Source of the DNA: Betaproteobacteria bacterium UBA5216
Lineage (GTDB): Bacteria; Pseudomonadota; Gammaproteobacteria; Burkholderiales; SG8-41
DNA length: 64,000 nt
NCBI GenBank assembly: GCA_002412495.1
Contig: DHVE01000135.1
Coordinates: 22,199 to 86,198, forward strand
Direction of reading: 5' to 3'
Of this stretch, positions 10,449 to 19,563 are shown in pieces. A program made the position numbers and the translations under genes. Numbering within the stretch: position 1 is the first letter of the stretch; every line of letters starts with the position of its first letter. Under the pieces are notes generated by a model, which was given only the letters and a program-made list of their open reading frames with translations, made no database searches and was not told the origin of the DNA.

Positions 10449-11651
10449 TCAGCTCCACTTCAAGCGCCGCACCGCTTTCATGCGTTGTACCGAATCCCCC
10501 GCGAGATGCGTCCAGATAATCGCGTCGCGCGCGAGCTTGTCCACGCGTGGATCCATTTGCGCCACGCCCGCGCCGCCGTGGATATCCATGTTGAGCCGCG
10601 TCACGCGCTGTATCACGTCGGTGGCGAAATTCATCAGCAGCACGTTATTGATCGAGTGCCCGCCGAGACCCGCATCGGCCTCCATCGCCACGCGCATCAC
10701 AAACGAACGCAGCGCTTCGGTGAGCATGTGCATTTCGGACAACTGCAACTGGATGGTCTGATTGTCCGTGAAATATTTCGTGCCTGGCCAGCGCGTGCTG
10801 GCCTCATGCGTCGCCATCTCCACCGCCGCGTCGCACACACCCACCGCGTTCGCGGACAACTCCAGATCTCCGAACTTTACCGCGCCGCCGCTGCGTGCCC
10901 GATGGCCGCCGTTGACCTCGCCCACGATGTTGGCGTGCGGCACCCGCGCGTTGTCGAATATCAATTCACCGTTCTGATAAAAGCGCCAGCCGCTTTTGTT
11001 GAACACCTTGCCCACGCGCAATCCCGGCGTGTCGATGGGCACCAGAAATTCGGTCGAGCCTTCGGTCTGTTTCACATTGGGATTGGTGCGCGTGCTGACA
11101 AAAAACAGCTTGGCCACGCTGCCGTTGGCGATGAAACATTTCTCGCCATTCAAAATCCAGTCGGCATCTTCATGGTCGCTCTCCCGCTCGGCTTTCAGCT
11201 TCCAGCCCGCGCGCGGGTCTTCTTCCGGCGGCAGCCGGTGATCGGAACCGGCGTTCGGCTCGGTGCCCGCGTGGCCCAGCAAGAACGTGTCGTCCTCGAT
11301 AAACGGTTTGAGAAACCGCGCTTTCTGGTCATCGGTGCAGCATTCCGCGATCAGATGACTCCACTTCCAGCACTGGCTGAAGGTCTTGGTCATCGCGCTG
11401 TCACCTCTGGCGAGCTCGGCCATCACCAGCGCCTGCGTGACAAAATCTATGCCGTGGCCGCCCCATTGCTTGCCCACCACCGCGGTGCGAAATCCAAGCT
11501 TCGAGCCTTTGACGATCAAATCCCAATCAAACGTTTCGAACGGATCGGCGATGGCGTCGCGCCGCAACGAACGCGGACGCATCTCTTCCATCGCAAAGGC
11601 GCGCGCGGTGGCCTGCCACAACCGTTGTTCTTCATTTAACGAATAATTCAT
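10449..11651 (-). CDS. Acyl-CoA dehydrogenase family flavoprotein (atypical)
   Basis: TEPNAGSD, WILNGEKCFIANG, ELIFDNARVP, IHGGAG. Confidence 0.88.
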   Translation of the reverse strand: MNYSLNEEQRLWQATARAFAMEEMRPRSLRRDAIADPFETFDWDLIVKGSKLGFRTAVVGKQWGGHGIDFVTQALVMAELARGDSAMTKTFSQCWKWSHLIAECCTDDQKARFLKPFIEDDTFLLGHAGTEPNAGSDHRLPPEEDPRAGWKLKAERESDHEDADWILNGEKCFIANGSVAKLFFVSTRTNPNVKQTEGSTEFLVPIDTPGLRVGKVFNKSGWRFYQNGELIFDNARVPHANIVGEVNGGHRARSGGAVKFGDLELSANAVGVCDAAVEMATHEASTRWPGTKYFTDNQTIQLQLSEMHMLTEALRSFVMRVAMEADAGLGGHSINNVLLMNFATDVIQRVTRLNMDIHGGAGVAQMDPRVDKLARDAIIWTHLAGDSVQRMKAVRRLKWS

Positions 11652-11684
11652 GTGTATCCTTGTTCAACGATCCAAATGACTACG

Positions 11685-11748
11685 CGCAGGATGGGTGAAA
11701 CCCATCACCGCCACGGCAATCTTTGTAATGGGTTTCACCCATCCTACG
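11685..11748. repeat. GTAG-type REP inverted pair
   Basis: CGCAGGATGGGTGAAACCCATC ... ATGGGTTTCACCCATCCTACG. Confidence 0.8.
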
Positions 11749-11749
11749 T

Positions 11750-12700
11750 TTAGTTCTGCTTGATCCGCGATTCTTTCACCAGCCGGGTGAATTTTGCGAT
11801 ATCCGATTTTATCTTGGCTGAAAATTCTTCCGGCGTGCCGCCCGCGACTTCGGCGCCGATATTCAGGAATCGTTCTTTCACCTCGGGCCGGTTCAGCCCG
11901 CGCACCATGTCGCGGTTCAGCCGGTTGATAATCGCCGCCGGCGTACTGGCGGGCGCAAGCAAACCCTGCGGCGATATCGACTCAAAGCCCGGCACGGTCG
12001 CCGCAACGGTCGGCACGCCCGGCAGCAACGCCGACGGCTGCAAACTCGCCACGCCCAGCACGCGCAGCCGTCCCGACTTGATGTACGGGATCGCCGAACC
12101 CGCATTGGGAAACATAAGTTCCACCTCGCCGCCCATCAGACCAATCACGCCCGGCCCCGTGCCTTTGTACGCGACTTGCACGATCTTCAGATCAAGCAGG
12201 CTCTTGAACAACTCCGCCGCCAGATGCGGATTCGCGCCCAGCGTGCCGGCGGCGTAATTCAATTGCCCCGGTTTTGCTTTGGCGAGCGCAATGAGTTCCC
12301 TAACGGATTTCACCGGCAACGATGGATGCACCACCAGCACGCTCGGCGTACTCACCGCCAACGCAATCGGCGCGAAATCCTTTACCGCGTCCCACGGCAC
12401 GCTGCGAAACAGCGGCAGTATCCACAGCGGGCTGCCTTCAACCAGCAACGTGTAACCATCCGCCGGCGCCTTCGCCACGATTTCACCGGCGATGGAGCCC
12501 CGATTCTCCACGATCACCTGCTGCCCCAACCCCTCGGACAACATCGGCGCCACCAGCCGCGCCACCACGTCGGAGCCGCCACCGGGCGCGAGCGTAACGA
12601 TGCGCACCAGCTTGCCCGGGTACTCCTGCGCGATGCCTGCCAGCGGCACGCAAAGCAACGACATCAAGCTACCCAACCACGCAAGACTTTTTCGCCGCAC
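11750..12700 (-). CDS. Bug/TctC substrate-binding protein
   Basis: APGGGSD, PADGYTLL, AYKGTG; GTG start with AAGGAG RBS. Confidence 0.9.
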   Translation of the reverse strand: MRRKSLAWLGSLMSLLCVPLAGIAQEYPGKLVRIVTLAPGGGSDVVARLVAPMLSEGLGQQVIVENRGSIAGEIVAKAPADGYTLLVEGSPLWILPLFRSVPWDAVKDFAPIALAVSTPSVLVVHPSLPVKSVRELIALAKAKPGQLNYAAGTLGANPHLAAELFKSLLDLKIVQVAYKGTGPGVIGLMGGEVELMFPNAGSAIPYIKSGRLRVLGVASLQPSALLPGVPTVAATVPGFESISPQGLLAPASTPAAIINRLNRDMVRGLNRPEVKERFLNIGAEVAGGTPEEFSAKIKSDIAKFTRLVKESRIKQN

Positions 12701-12823
12701 GGCGCGCTCCTTACTGAATAATGACCAATGGTAGCGCGATATGCGAAGATGCGAAGCCGCGCTTCGAGCCATTGCCATGGCCACGAAAAATTATTTTAAG
12801 CATATGTTTTTGTTGATATTTTA

Positions 12824-14266
12824 ATGTCCCCAGCTCTCTCAAACCAGCCCCTCGCTTTTGACCCCGCGCTGCGCGACATCGCCAACTACGTGCATGGCGC
12901 GCGCCATCACGGCACACGCGCGTGGCAAGCCGCACACTACTGCCTGATCGACAGCCTCGGCTGTGCGTTCGAGGCGCGCAGCCATGCGGCTTGCAATGGC
13001 GTGATCGCGCCGCTGACACCCGAGGCCCGGGTTCCGCACGGCGCGCGCGTACCCGCCACGTCCTGGCAACTCGATCCGGTTGAGGCCGCGTTCTGCACCA
13101 GCACGCTGATCCGCTGGCTCGATTACAACGACGCGTTCTATGGCGAAACGGTGATTCATCCGTCGGATTGCATCGGCGCCCTGCTGGCCGTGGCCGACTG
13201 GCAAAGCCGCGTGCGTGTGTCGCAAGGCAAAGCGCCGCTGCGAATGCGCGACGTGCTCGACGCGATGATTCGCGCATATGAAGTGATGGGGTGCCTCGCG
13301 CTGGCGAACGGTTTTACCACGCGCATGGGCATCGACCACGTGGTGCTGATCAAAATCGGCGCGGCGGCGCTCGCCACCAAACTGCTCGGGGGCTCACGCG
13401 ATGAAACACTCAACGCCCTGTCGAACGCGTGGCTCGATGGCCAGCCGCTGGCGCTGTTTCGCCGCGGCGAAGCGGGCGCGCGCAAATCTTGGGCAGCGGG
13501 CGATGCGGCGGCGCGCGGCGTGTGGCTCGCGTTGATGGCAATGCGTGGCGAAATGGGTTACCCGCGCGCGCTCAGCGCAAAAACCTGGGGCTTTTACGAC
13601 GTGATGAACGGGGGCAAACCATTCCAGTTTCAGCGCCCCTATGAAAATCACGTAATTGAAAACGTGCAATACAAAATTTCGTATCCGGCGGGCGTACACG
13701 CGCAAAGCGCCGCCGAGGCCGCGATTCAATTGCATCTGTCGGTCGCGCAACGGCTCGATCAGATCAAAACCGTTGAAATCCGCACGCACCGTTACGCGTT
13801 GTCGATCCTTAATCGCACCGGCCCATTGAACCACGTTGCCGAGCGCGACCATTGCCTGCAATACATCGCCGCCGTCTGCCTGATCCACGGGCGACTGGAA
13901 GCCGGTGACTACGAAGACGCCATCGCCGCCGACCCCCGCATCGATGCGCTACGCACCAAAACCGTATTGCAGGAACACCCGCCTTACACGCAGGCGTTTT
14001 ACAATGCGTCGCTGCGCGCCAACGCGAACGCCGTTCGCGTCATTTTCAACGATGGCACGCGCACCGCGTGGGCGGAAATCGAGTATCCGGTGGGCCACGT
14101 CAAGCGGCGCAAGGAAGGTATACCGCTGTTGATGCGCAAATTTGAAACCAGCGTGACGCGTATTTTTCCGGACAAACAACGCCGCGGTATTCTTGCCGCC
14201 TGCAACCATCGCGCCGGCCTGGCGTCCATGCCGGTGCATGAATTCATGAACCTTCTTACCTGCTGA
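12824..14266 (+). CDS. 2-methylcitrate dehydratase-like (PrpD) protein
   Basis: IRWLDYND, HPSD, GIDHV, RKSWAAGDA, RDHCLQY, EYPVGH..RR.EG.P; no prpB/prpC nearby. Confidence 0.85.
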   Translation: MSPALSNQPLAFDPALRDIANYVHGARHHGTRAWQAAHYCLIDSLGCAFEARSHAACNGVIAPLTPEARVPHGARVPATSWQLDPVEAAFCTSTLIRWLDYNDAFYGETVIHPSDCIGALLAVADWQSRVRVSQGKAPLRMRDVLDAMIRAYEVMGCLALANGFTTRMGIDHVVLIKIGAAALATKLLGGSRDETLNALSNAWLDGQPLALFRRGEAGARKSWAAGDAAARGVWLALMAMRGEMGYPRALSAKTWGFYDVMNGGKPFQFQRPYENHVIENVQYKISYPAGVHAQSAAEAAIQLHLSVAQRLDQIKTVEIRTHRYALSILNRTGPLNHVAERDHCLQYIAAVCLIHGRLEAGDYEDAIAADPRIDALRTKTVLQEHPPYTQAFYNASLRANANAVRVIFNDGTRTAWAEIEYPVGHVKRRKEGIPLLMRKFETSVTRIFPDKQRRGILAACNHRAGLASMPVHEFMNLLTC

Positions 14267-14275
14267 GCTGCCCAC

Positions 14276-15271
14276 ATGAAAACTGTCTTTCCGGCCTCCA
14301 TGGCTAGCATGGTTACCATGTTTACCATTACCAACGCGGCCCTGGCTTTTCTCTGCCTCGGCGCCGGCGCTGCCGCCGCACAACCGTATCCCACCAAACC
14401 CGTGCGCCTGATCGTGCCTTACGCGCCGGGGGGTGGCGTGGACATCATGGCGCGCATCCTCGCACCAAAATTCACCGCTGCCATGGGCCAGCAGTTCGTG
14501 GTGGACAATCGCAGCGGCGCGGGCGCGATCCTCGGCACTGATCTGGTGGCGAAGGCTACCGCCGATGGCTATACACTGCTGTTCACCAACCCGGCGCATG
14601 TGTCCAATCCTTCGCTGAACGCCAAACTGCCGTTCGACGCCGTGCGTGATTTCACCGCCGTGGGCCTCGCCGGCCTGTCATCGAGCGTTCTGGTGGTGCA
14701 TCCCGCCACCGCGGCCAAAAGCGTGAAGGAACTGGTGGCGCTGGCCCAAGCCAAACCGGGACAGTTGAACTACGCCTCGGCGGGTGTCGGCAGCGCGATT
14801 TTTCTGGCGATGGAGTTATTCAAAAGCACCGCGAAGATTGACGTCGTTCACATTCCCTACAAAGGCGCCGGCCCCGCGATGACCGATGTCATCGGCGGAC
14901 AAGTGCCGCTGATGTTCATTGCGATTTCGCCGTCACTGCCGCACATCAAGGCAGGCCGCCTGCGCGCCTTGGGTACCAGCAGCGCCAAGGGACTCGGCGT
15001 ATTGCCCGACGTGCGCCCGATCGCGGACACCTACACCGGGTTCGACCACACCGACTGGTACGGCATCATGGCGCCCGCCAACACCCCGGCGGCCATCGTC
15101 AACCGCGTGAACCGCGAGATCAACGCCGCGCTTGCCGCACCTGATGTGCGCGACCGCGTACTGGCCATGGGCGCGGAATCCGTGGGCGGCAGCGCACAAG
15201 AATTCGACGCGCGCATCAAGAACGAAATCGGCAAGTGGGCCAAGGTGTTCAACAAGAATGCGGCGCGGTAA
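14276..15271 (+). CDS. Bug/TctC substrate-binding protein
   Basis: PYAPGGGVD, HIPYKGAG; start may lie slightly downstream. Confidence 0.92.
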   Translation: MKTVFPASMASMVTMFTITNAALAFLCLGAGAAAAQPYPTKPVRLIVPYAPGGGVDIMARILAPKFTAAMGQQFVVDNRSGAGAILGTDLVAKATADGYTLLFTNPAHVSNPSLNAKLPFDAVRDFTAVGLAGLSSSVLVVHPATAAKSVKELVALAQAKPGQLNYASAGVGSAIFLAMELFKSTAKIDVVHIPYKGAGPAMTDVIGGQVPLMFIAISPSLPHIKAGRLRALGTSSAKGLGVLPDVRPIADTYTGFDHTDWYGIMAPANTPAAIVNRVNREINAALAAPDVRDRVLAMGAESVGGSAQEFDARIKNEIGKWAKVFNKNAAR

Positions 15272-15306
15272 TCGCGCAATAGAATTGGCGTCGCAGGTGA
15301 CGAAGA

Positions 15307-16386
15307 CTACTGCTGCTTAATCCCCGCCTCTTTCACCACCCTCGCCCACTTCGCCAAGTCCGCGCGCAGAAACACACCAAAGGCCTCCGGCGACGCGCTA
15401 GCGTCTGGTTCGCCGCCGTCAACGCCAAAGCGTTTTTTAATCTCGGTATCGTTTAGCACGCGCACCAATTCACGATGCAACCGGGCGACAATGTCGCGCG
15501 GCGTATTGGCGGGTGCCAACACGCCGAACCACTGGCTGCTGTCGTAACCGGGCACGCCGGCTTCCGCGATGGTCGGAAACTCCGCCAGCGCCGCCGTTCG
15601 CTTGAGGCTGCTCACGCCATACGCGCGCAGCTTGCCCGCACGCACGTGGGGCAGCAGCGACAGCACATTGCCCATCATGATCGGCACTTCGCCCGACAGC
15701 GTTTCGACCACGCCCGCGCTGCCGCTGCGGTAGGGCACAAAATTAATGTTCAACCCCGTCATGGTGAGCAGCAGCGCCATCGACATGTGACCGTGACCGC
15801 CGTAAGCACCCGCGCCGTAATCCAACTGCCCCGGCTTGGCGCGCGCCAGCGCCATCAGTTCCTTCAGTGTTTTCGCCGGCAAGGAAGGATGCGCCACGAG
15901 TATCTGCGGAATCACAATGAGCTTGCTCACCGGCGCGAGATCCTTGATCGGATCAAAACGCATCTTGCGATACAGCGACGGAATGATCACCAGCGGACTC
16001 GGTGCGATCAGCAGCGTGTAACCGTCGGGCAGCGAGCGCACCACATGTTCGGAGCCGATCATCGTGGCCGCGCCGGGCCGGTTTTCCACCACCACCTGCT
16101 GGCCGAGAAGCTCCGTCAGCTTGGGCGAAAGTATGCGCGCAGTGGTGTCGGTGCCGCCGCCGGGCGAAGAGGCAACCACGAGGCGCACGGGTTTGGTGGG
16201 GTAGGTCTCCTGAGCGTGTGTTGAGGTAACGGCCGCCATGCACGCGGTAAGAACCATGCCCCTAACTGTCGTTCCCGCGAAAGCGGGAACCCATAACACA
16301 GCAACACGGGAAACCTTATATGAATTCCCGCCGGCGCCTGCCATCGAATGTTTTGGTCGGGGACGGGAACGATGATTGAAGGTCAT
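15307..16386 (-). CDS. Bug/TctC substrate-binding protein (start 16386 or 16257)
   Basis: SSPGGGTD, ENRPGA, PDGYTLL; ATG 16386 overlaps upstream stop (ATGA). Confidence 0.88.
   Translation of the reverse strand: MTFNHRSRPRPKHSMAGAGGNSYKVSRVAVLWVPAFAGTTVRGMVLTACMAAVTSTHAQETYPTKPVRLVVASSPGGGTDTTARILSPKLTELLGQQVVVENRPGAATMIGSEHVVRSLPDGYTLLIAPSPLVIIPSLYRKMRFDPIKDLAPVSKLIVIPQILVAHPSLPAKTLKELMALARAKPGQLDYGAGAYGGHGHMSMALLLTMTGLNINFVPYRSGSAGVVETLSGEVPIMMGNVLSLLPHVRAGKLRAYGVSSLKRTAALAEFPTIAEAGVPGYDSSQWFGVLAPANTPRDIVARLHRELVRVLNDTEIKKRFGVDGGEPDASASPEAFGVFLRADLAKWARVVKEAGIKQQ
16268..16294. repeat. Single GTCGTTCCCGCG..GCGGGAACCCAT palindrome
   Basis: Near-identical to copies at 6315, 16953 and 58093. 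Confidence 0.8.
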
Positions 16387-16880
16387 GCCTGCTTCGCCAG
16401 CCGCCGCTTGAGATACGCCTTCTCGCCACCCGCGTCGATCATGTCGCGATAAAACCCGGGCAACGCCTGTCCGGTCAACTGCTTGCCATTGGCGAGATTG
16501 CGCACGACAAACGTATCGGTGTCGATCTCGATCACATCACCGGTCTCGGCCATTTGAATAATGCCCGGACACGCCACCGGCCAAAGCCCCCCGCCGATGC
16601 AATTGCTGAAAAACAATTTGCCAAACGATTCCGCCACCACCGCCGGTATGCCCAGCGCCATGATTGAGTAATACGCCGGTGTTGAAGAACCACAACCAAA
16701 GTTGTTGCCCGCGACAATGATGTCGCCCGGCTTGGCCTTGCCCGCGAACGTGGGGTCGAGCGTTTCCATACAGTACTTGCCCTGCTCCTGCGGTGGCAGG
16801 TGGTTGTACTGCTGCTTGCGAATGAGCCCCGTGTTGATGTCGTCCTGCGGGAACTTCCAGATTTTGCCGGTGATTTTCAT
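16383..16880 (-). CDS. LeuD/HacB-type small subunit
   Basis: ITGKIWKF, GDIIVAGNNFGCGSS, AESFG.LFFSNC. Confidence 0.85.
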   Translation of the reverse strand: MKITGKIWKFPQDDINTGLIRKQQYNHLPPQEQGKYCMETLDPTFAGKAKPGDIIVAGNNFGCGSSTPAYYSIMALGIPAVVAESFGKLFFSNCIGGGLWPVACPGIIQMAETGDVIEIDTDTFVVRNLANGKQLTGQALPGFYRDMIDAGGEKAYLKRRLAKQA

Positions 16881-16907
16881 GTCGTTACGCCGAAAATAAA
16901 AAAACCT

Positions 16908-17076
16908 TTTGACGCAGATTTCGCGGATTTACGCAGATGCCCCCTCTCCCCTGTCGTTCCCGCGGAAGCGGGAACCCATAACACAGTGCTACTGGCAACG
17001 CCTTATGGATACCCGCTTTCGCGGGTATGACGGGTTAGGTTTTTAATCTGCGTAAATCCGCGAAATCTGTGTCAAA
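16908..17076. repeat. Nested palindromic element: 31-bp outer inverted repeat enclosing a REP-like inverted pair
   Basis: Outer arms 16908-16938 and 17046-17076 (30/31 complementary); inner arms 16953-16979 and 17005-17031. Confidence 0.85.
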
Positions 17077-17095
17077 TGTTCTTGACCTTAATCGT

Positions 17096-18373
17096 TTAAA
17101 CATACCCCACCGGACTCGCAATCCGCCCCTCAACCGCCGAAGCCGCCACGGTCGCCGGTGACGCCAGATAAATTTCGCCGCCCGGTCCCATGCGGCCTTC
17201 AAAGTTGCGCGTGATCGATGTGATCGCCACGTCGCCCGGCGACAGCAGGCCGCCATGCAAACCGGGACACGCCCCGCAGTTGGCGTTGGTGACGATACAG
17301 TTCGCCTCGTGCAGCGTCTGGATGTAGCCCGCCTGGGTCGCCGCGATCAATATCTCGCGCGAGCCTGGGGTGACAATGAAGCGCACGTCCGGGTGCACCT
17401 TGCGGCCTTTCAACACTGCGGCTGCGGCGGCGATGTCTTCCAGCCTGCCACTCGCGCACGAACCGAGATACGCCTGATCGACCTTGCGCCCCGCCACCGC
17501 CGACACCGGCATCACATCATCGGGCTTGTGCGGAACGGCGATCTGCGGCTCGATGCCGGAGATATCGACTTCATGCACCTGATCGTATTTAAAATCGGCA
17601 TCGGTGTCGTATACCTTGAACTCATCTTTGGCGCGCGGCTTCACCCAATCGAGCGTGGTTTGATCGGGTTGAATGTAGGAGGCCACCGCGCCCAATTCCA
17701 CACCCATGTTGGCGAACGTAAAGCGCATGTCCATCGATAACCCATCGATAAACGGGCCGGCGAATTCCACCGCGTTGCCGTACGCGCCGCGCTGTCCCAG
17801 CTTGCCGTTTACATAGAGCGCCGCGTCGCGCCCATACACGCCGCGCGCGAGTTTCGCCGAGCCATGCACTTTCACCAGCGTGACCTTGGGCACCTCCAGA
17901 AAATAACGCCCGATGGCGTAGAGCGTGAGCCGCCCGCCGCCGAGCGATGTGGCGTACATGCCGACCGCGCCCATCGTCGGCCCATGCGAATCAATAGCAA
18001 TGCCCAGCGTGCCGGGCAGCGCGATGCCTTCCTCGCACAACACCAGATGCGACACGCCCGCGCCGCCGTCAAACACGCGCACACCTTTATCGCGATAAAA
18101 ATCGCGCCACAGTTTTTGCGAGGCCGCGAGTTGCATGGTGGGCGCGGGCGAGGCGTGATCGGATACCGCGAAGATGCGATCCTTCAACGGCAAATCCTTC
18201 ACGCCGAGTTCTTCCAAATCCGCCATCAGCTTTTTCGCGTCCGAACCGTTGGGCGACAAAATCACCGAGAACACATCCGGTTCGATTTCAACAAACGTGC
18301 CCGGTGTCACCTTGCCGCTTTTGGGCCGCGCGCAATTCGCGATAATTTTATGCAGCGCGTGCTGGCCACTCAT
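17096..18373 (-). CDS. LeuC/HacA-type aconitase-family large subunit
   Basis: DH, DSHG, LGSCASGR, CGAC.G, RNFEGRMG, YLASPATVAASA. Confidence 0.88.
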   Translation of the reverse strand: MSGQHALHKIIANCARPKSGKVTPGTFVEIEPDVFSVILSPNGSDAKKLMADLEELGVKDLPLKDRIFAVSDHASPAPTMQLAASQKLWRDFYRDKGVRVFDGGAGVSHLVLCEEGIALPGTLGIAIDSHGPTMGAVGMYATSLGGGRLTLYAIGRYFLEVPKVTLVKVHGSAKLARGVYGRDAALYVNGKLGQRGAYGNAVEFAGPFIDGLSMDMRFTFANMGVELGAVASYIQPDQTTLDWVKPRAKDEFKVYDTDADFKYDQVHEVDISGIEPQIAVPHKPDDVMPVSAVAGRKVDQAYLGSCASGRLEDIAAAAAVLKGRKVHPDVRFIVTPGSREILIAATQAGYIQTLHEANCIVTNANCGACPGLHGGLLSPGDVAITSITRNFEGRMGPGGEIYLASPATVAASAVEGRIASPVGYV

Positions 18374-18576
18374 GAGCAGGCCCCGCCTCGAATCAGAACG
18401 TCAGTAGCGAACATATTATAAGCATCTGTTTTTAAACGATTATTAAAGACGGCGTCACAACTGCCACGGGCGCCAAGTTTACGCTGAATCCCCTTGAAAT
18501 GGACAGCCGCCGGCATTGCATGGCCTCGTTGCAACCGGTATAAGTTTTCCGCACGCCCGCCACTACTCAACCCGAC

Positions 18577-19536
18577 ATGAAACCTTTTCTCCACATCACC
18601 GCCATCCTTCTGCTTGGCGCCACGTGCCCCGCCGCCGCGCAAAAATATCCCGAGAAAAACATACGTCTCGTGGTGCCGTTTCCCACCGGCGCATCACAGA
18701 TACTCGGCCTGCTGCTGGCGGAAAAACTCCCCGCGCTGCTGGGGCAACCCGTGTATGCGGATTTTCGCGCGGGCGCGGGCGGCCTCATCGGCACCGAGAT
18801 CGCCGCCAAGGCGCCGGCCGACGGCTACACGCTGCTGCTCGCCAGCCCGTCGATCACCATCAGCCCCGCGCTCTACAAAAAACTGCCGTTCGACGCGCTG
18901 CGCGATTTTGCCCCCATCACCCATGTGGCCACCGTGCCCAACGTACTGGTGACGCACCCGTCGGTGCCCGCCAAAACCGTGAACGAACTCGTTGCCCTCG
19001 CGCGCAAGACGCCCGGCAAATTGAGCTACGGTTCCGGCGGCATCGGCTCGGCAAATCAGCTCGCCAGCGAATTGTTCAAATATCTTGCCAAGGTTGATAT
19101 CGTTCACGTGCCTTACAAGGGTGCGAGCATCGCGCTCACGCACATCCTCGGCGGTGAAATCGACATGGTCACCGTGAGCGTGCCCGCCACCATTCCATTT
19201 ATCAGCAGCGGCCGCCTGCGCGGGCTGGCGGTGCTGGCCCCCAGCCGCGTGCCCACCTTGCCCACCGTGATGACCACCAAAGAGGCGGGCTACCCGGAAC
19301 TGTTGATGGACACCTGGTACGGCGCCTTCGCGCCCGCGGGCGTGCGCGCCGACATTCTTGATCGGCTCAACAGCGACATCATCAAAGTCATGCAAACGCC
19401 CGAGACCCGCGCACAGCTTGCGAAAGTAGGACTGGACGTGATTACCAGTTCATCCGCCGAGATCAACAAATTTGTGCGCACCGAAACCGAGAAATGGGCG
19501 CGCGTAGTGCGCGAAGCGAAGATAACGGTGCAATAA
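18577..19536 (+). CDS. Bug/TctC substrate-binding protein (divergent N-terminal motif)
   Basis: PADGYTLL, HVPYKGA, WYG; PFPTGASQ in place of PFxxGGxxD. Confidence 0.9.
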   Translation: MKPFLHITAILLLGATCPAAAQKYPEKNIRLVVPFPTGASQILGLLLAEKLPALLGQPVYADFRAGAGGLIGTEIAAKAPADGYTLLLASPSITISPALYKKLPFDALRDFAPITHVATVPNVLVTHPSVPAKTVNELVALARKTPGKLSYGSGGIGSANQLASELFKYLAKVDIVHVPYKGASIALTHILGGEIDMVTVSVPATIPFISSGRLRGLAVLAPSRVPTLPTVMTTKEAGYPELLMDTWYGAFAPAGVRADILDRLNSDIIKVMQTPETRAQLAKVGLDVITSSSAEINKFVRTETEKWARVVREAKITVQ

Positions 19537-19563
19537 CGCGGTTACGATTGGAAATTCACGCAG

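Noticed and set aside
10047-11639. 530-aa plus-strand ORF
   Set aside because: Antisense to the well-supported ACAD and MmgE/PrpD genes
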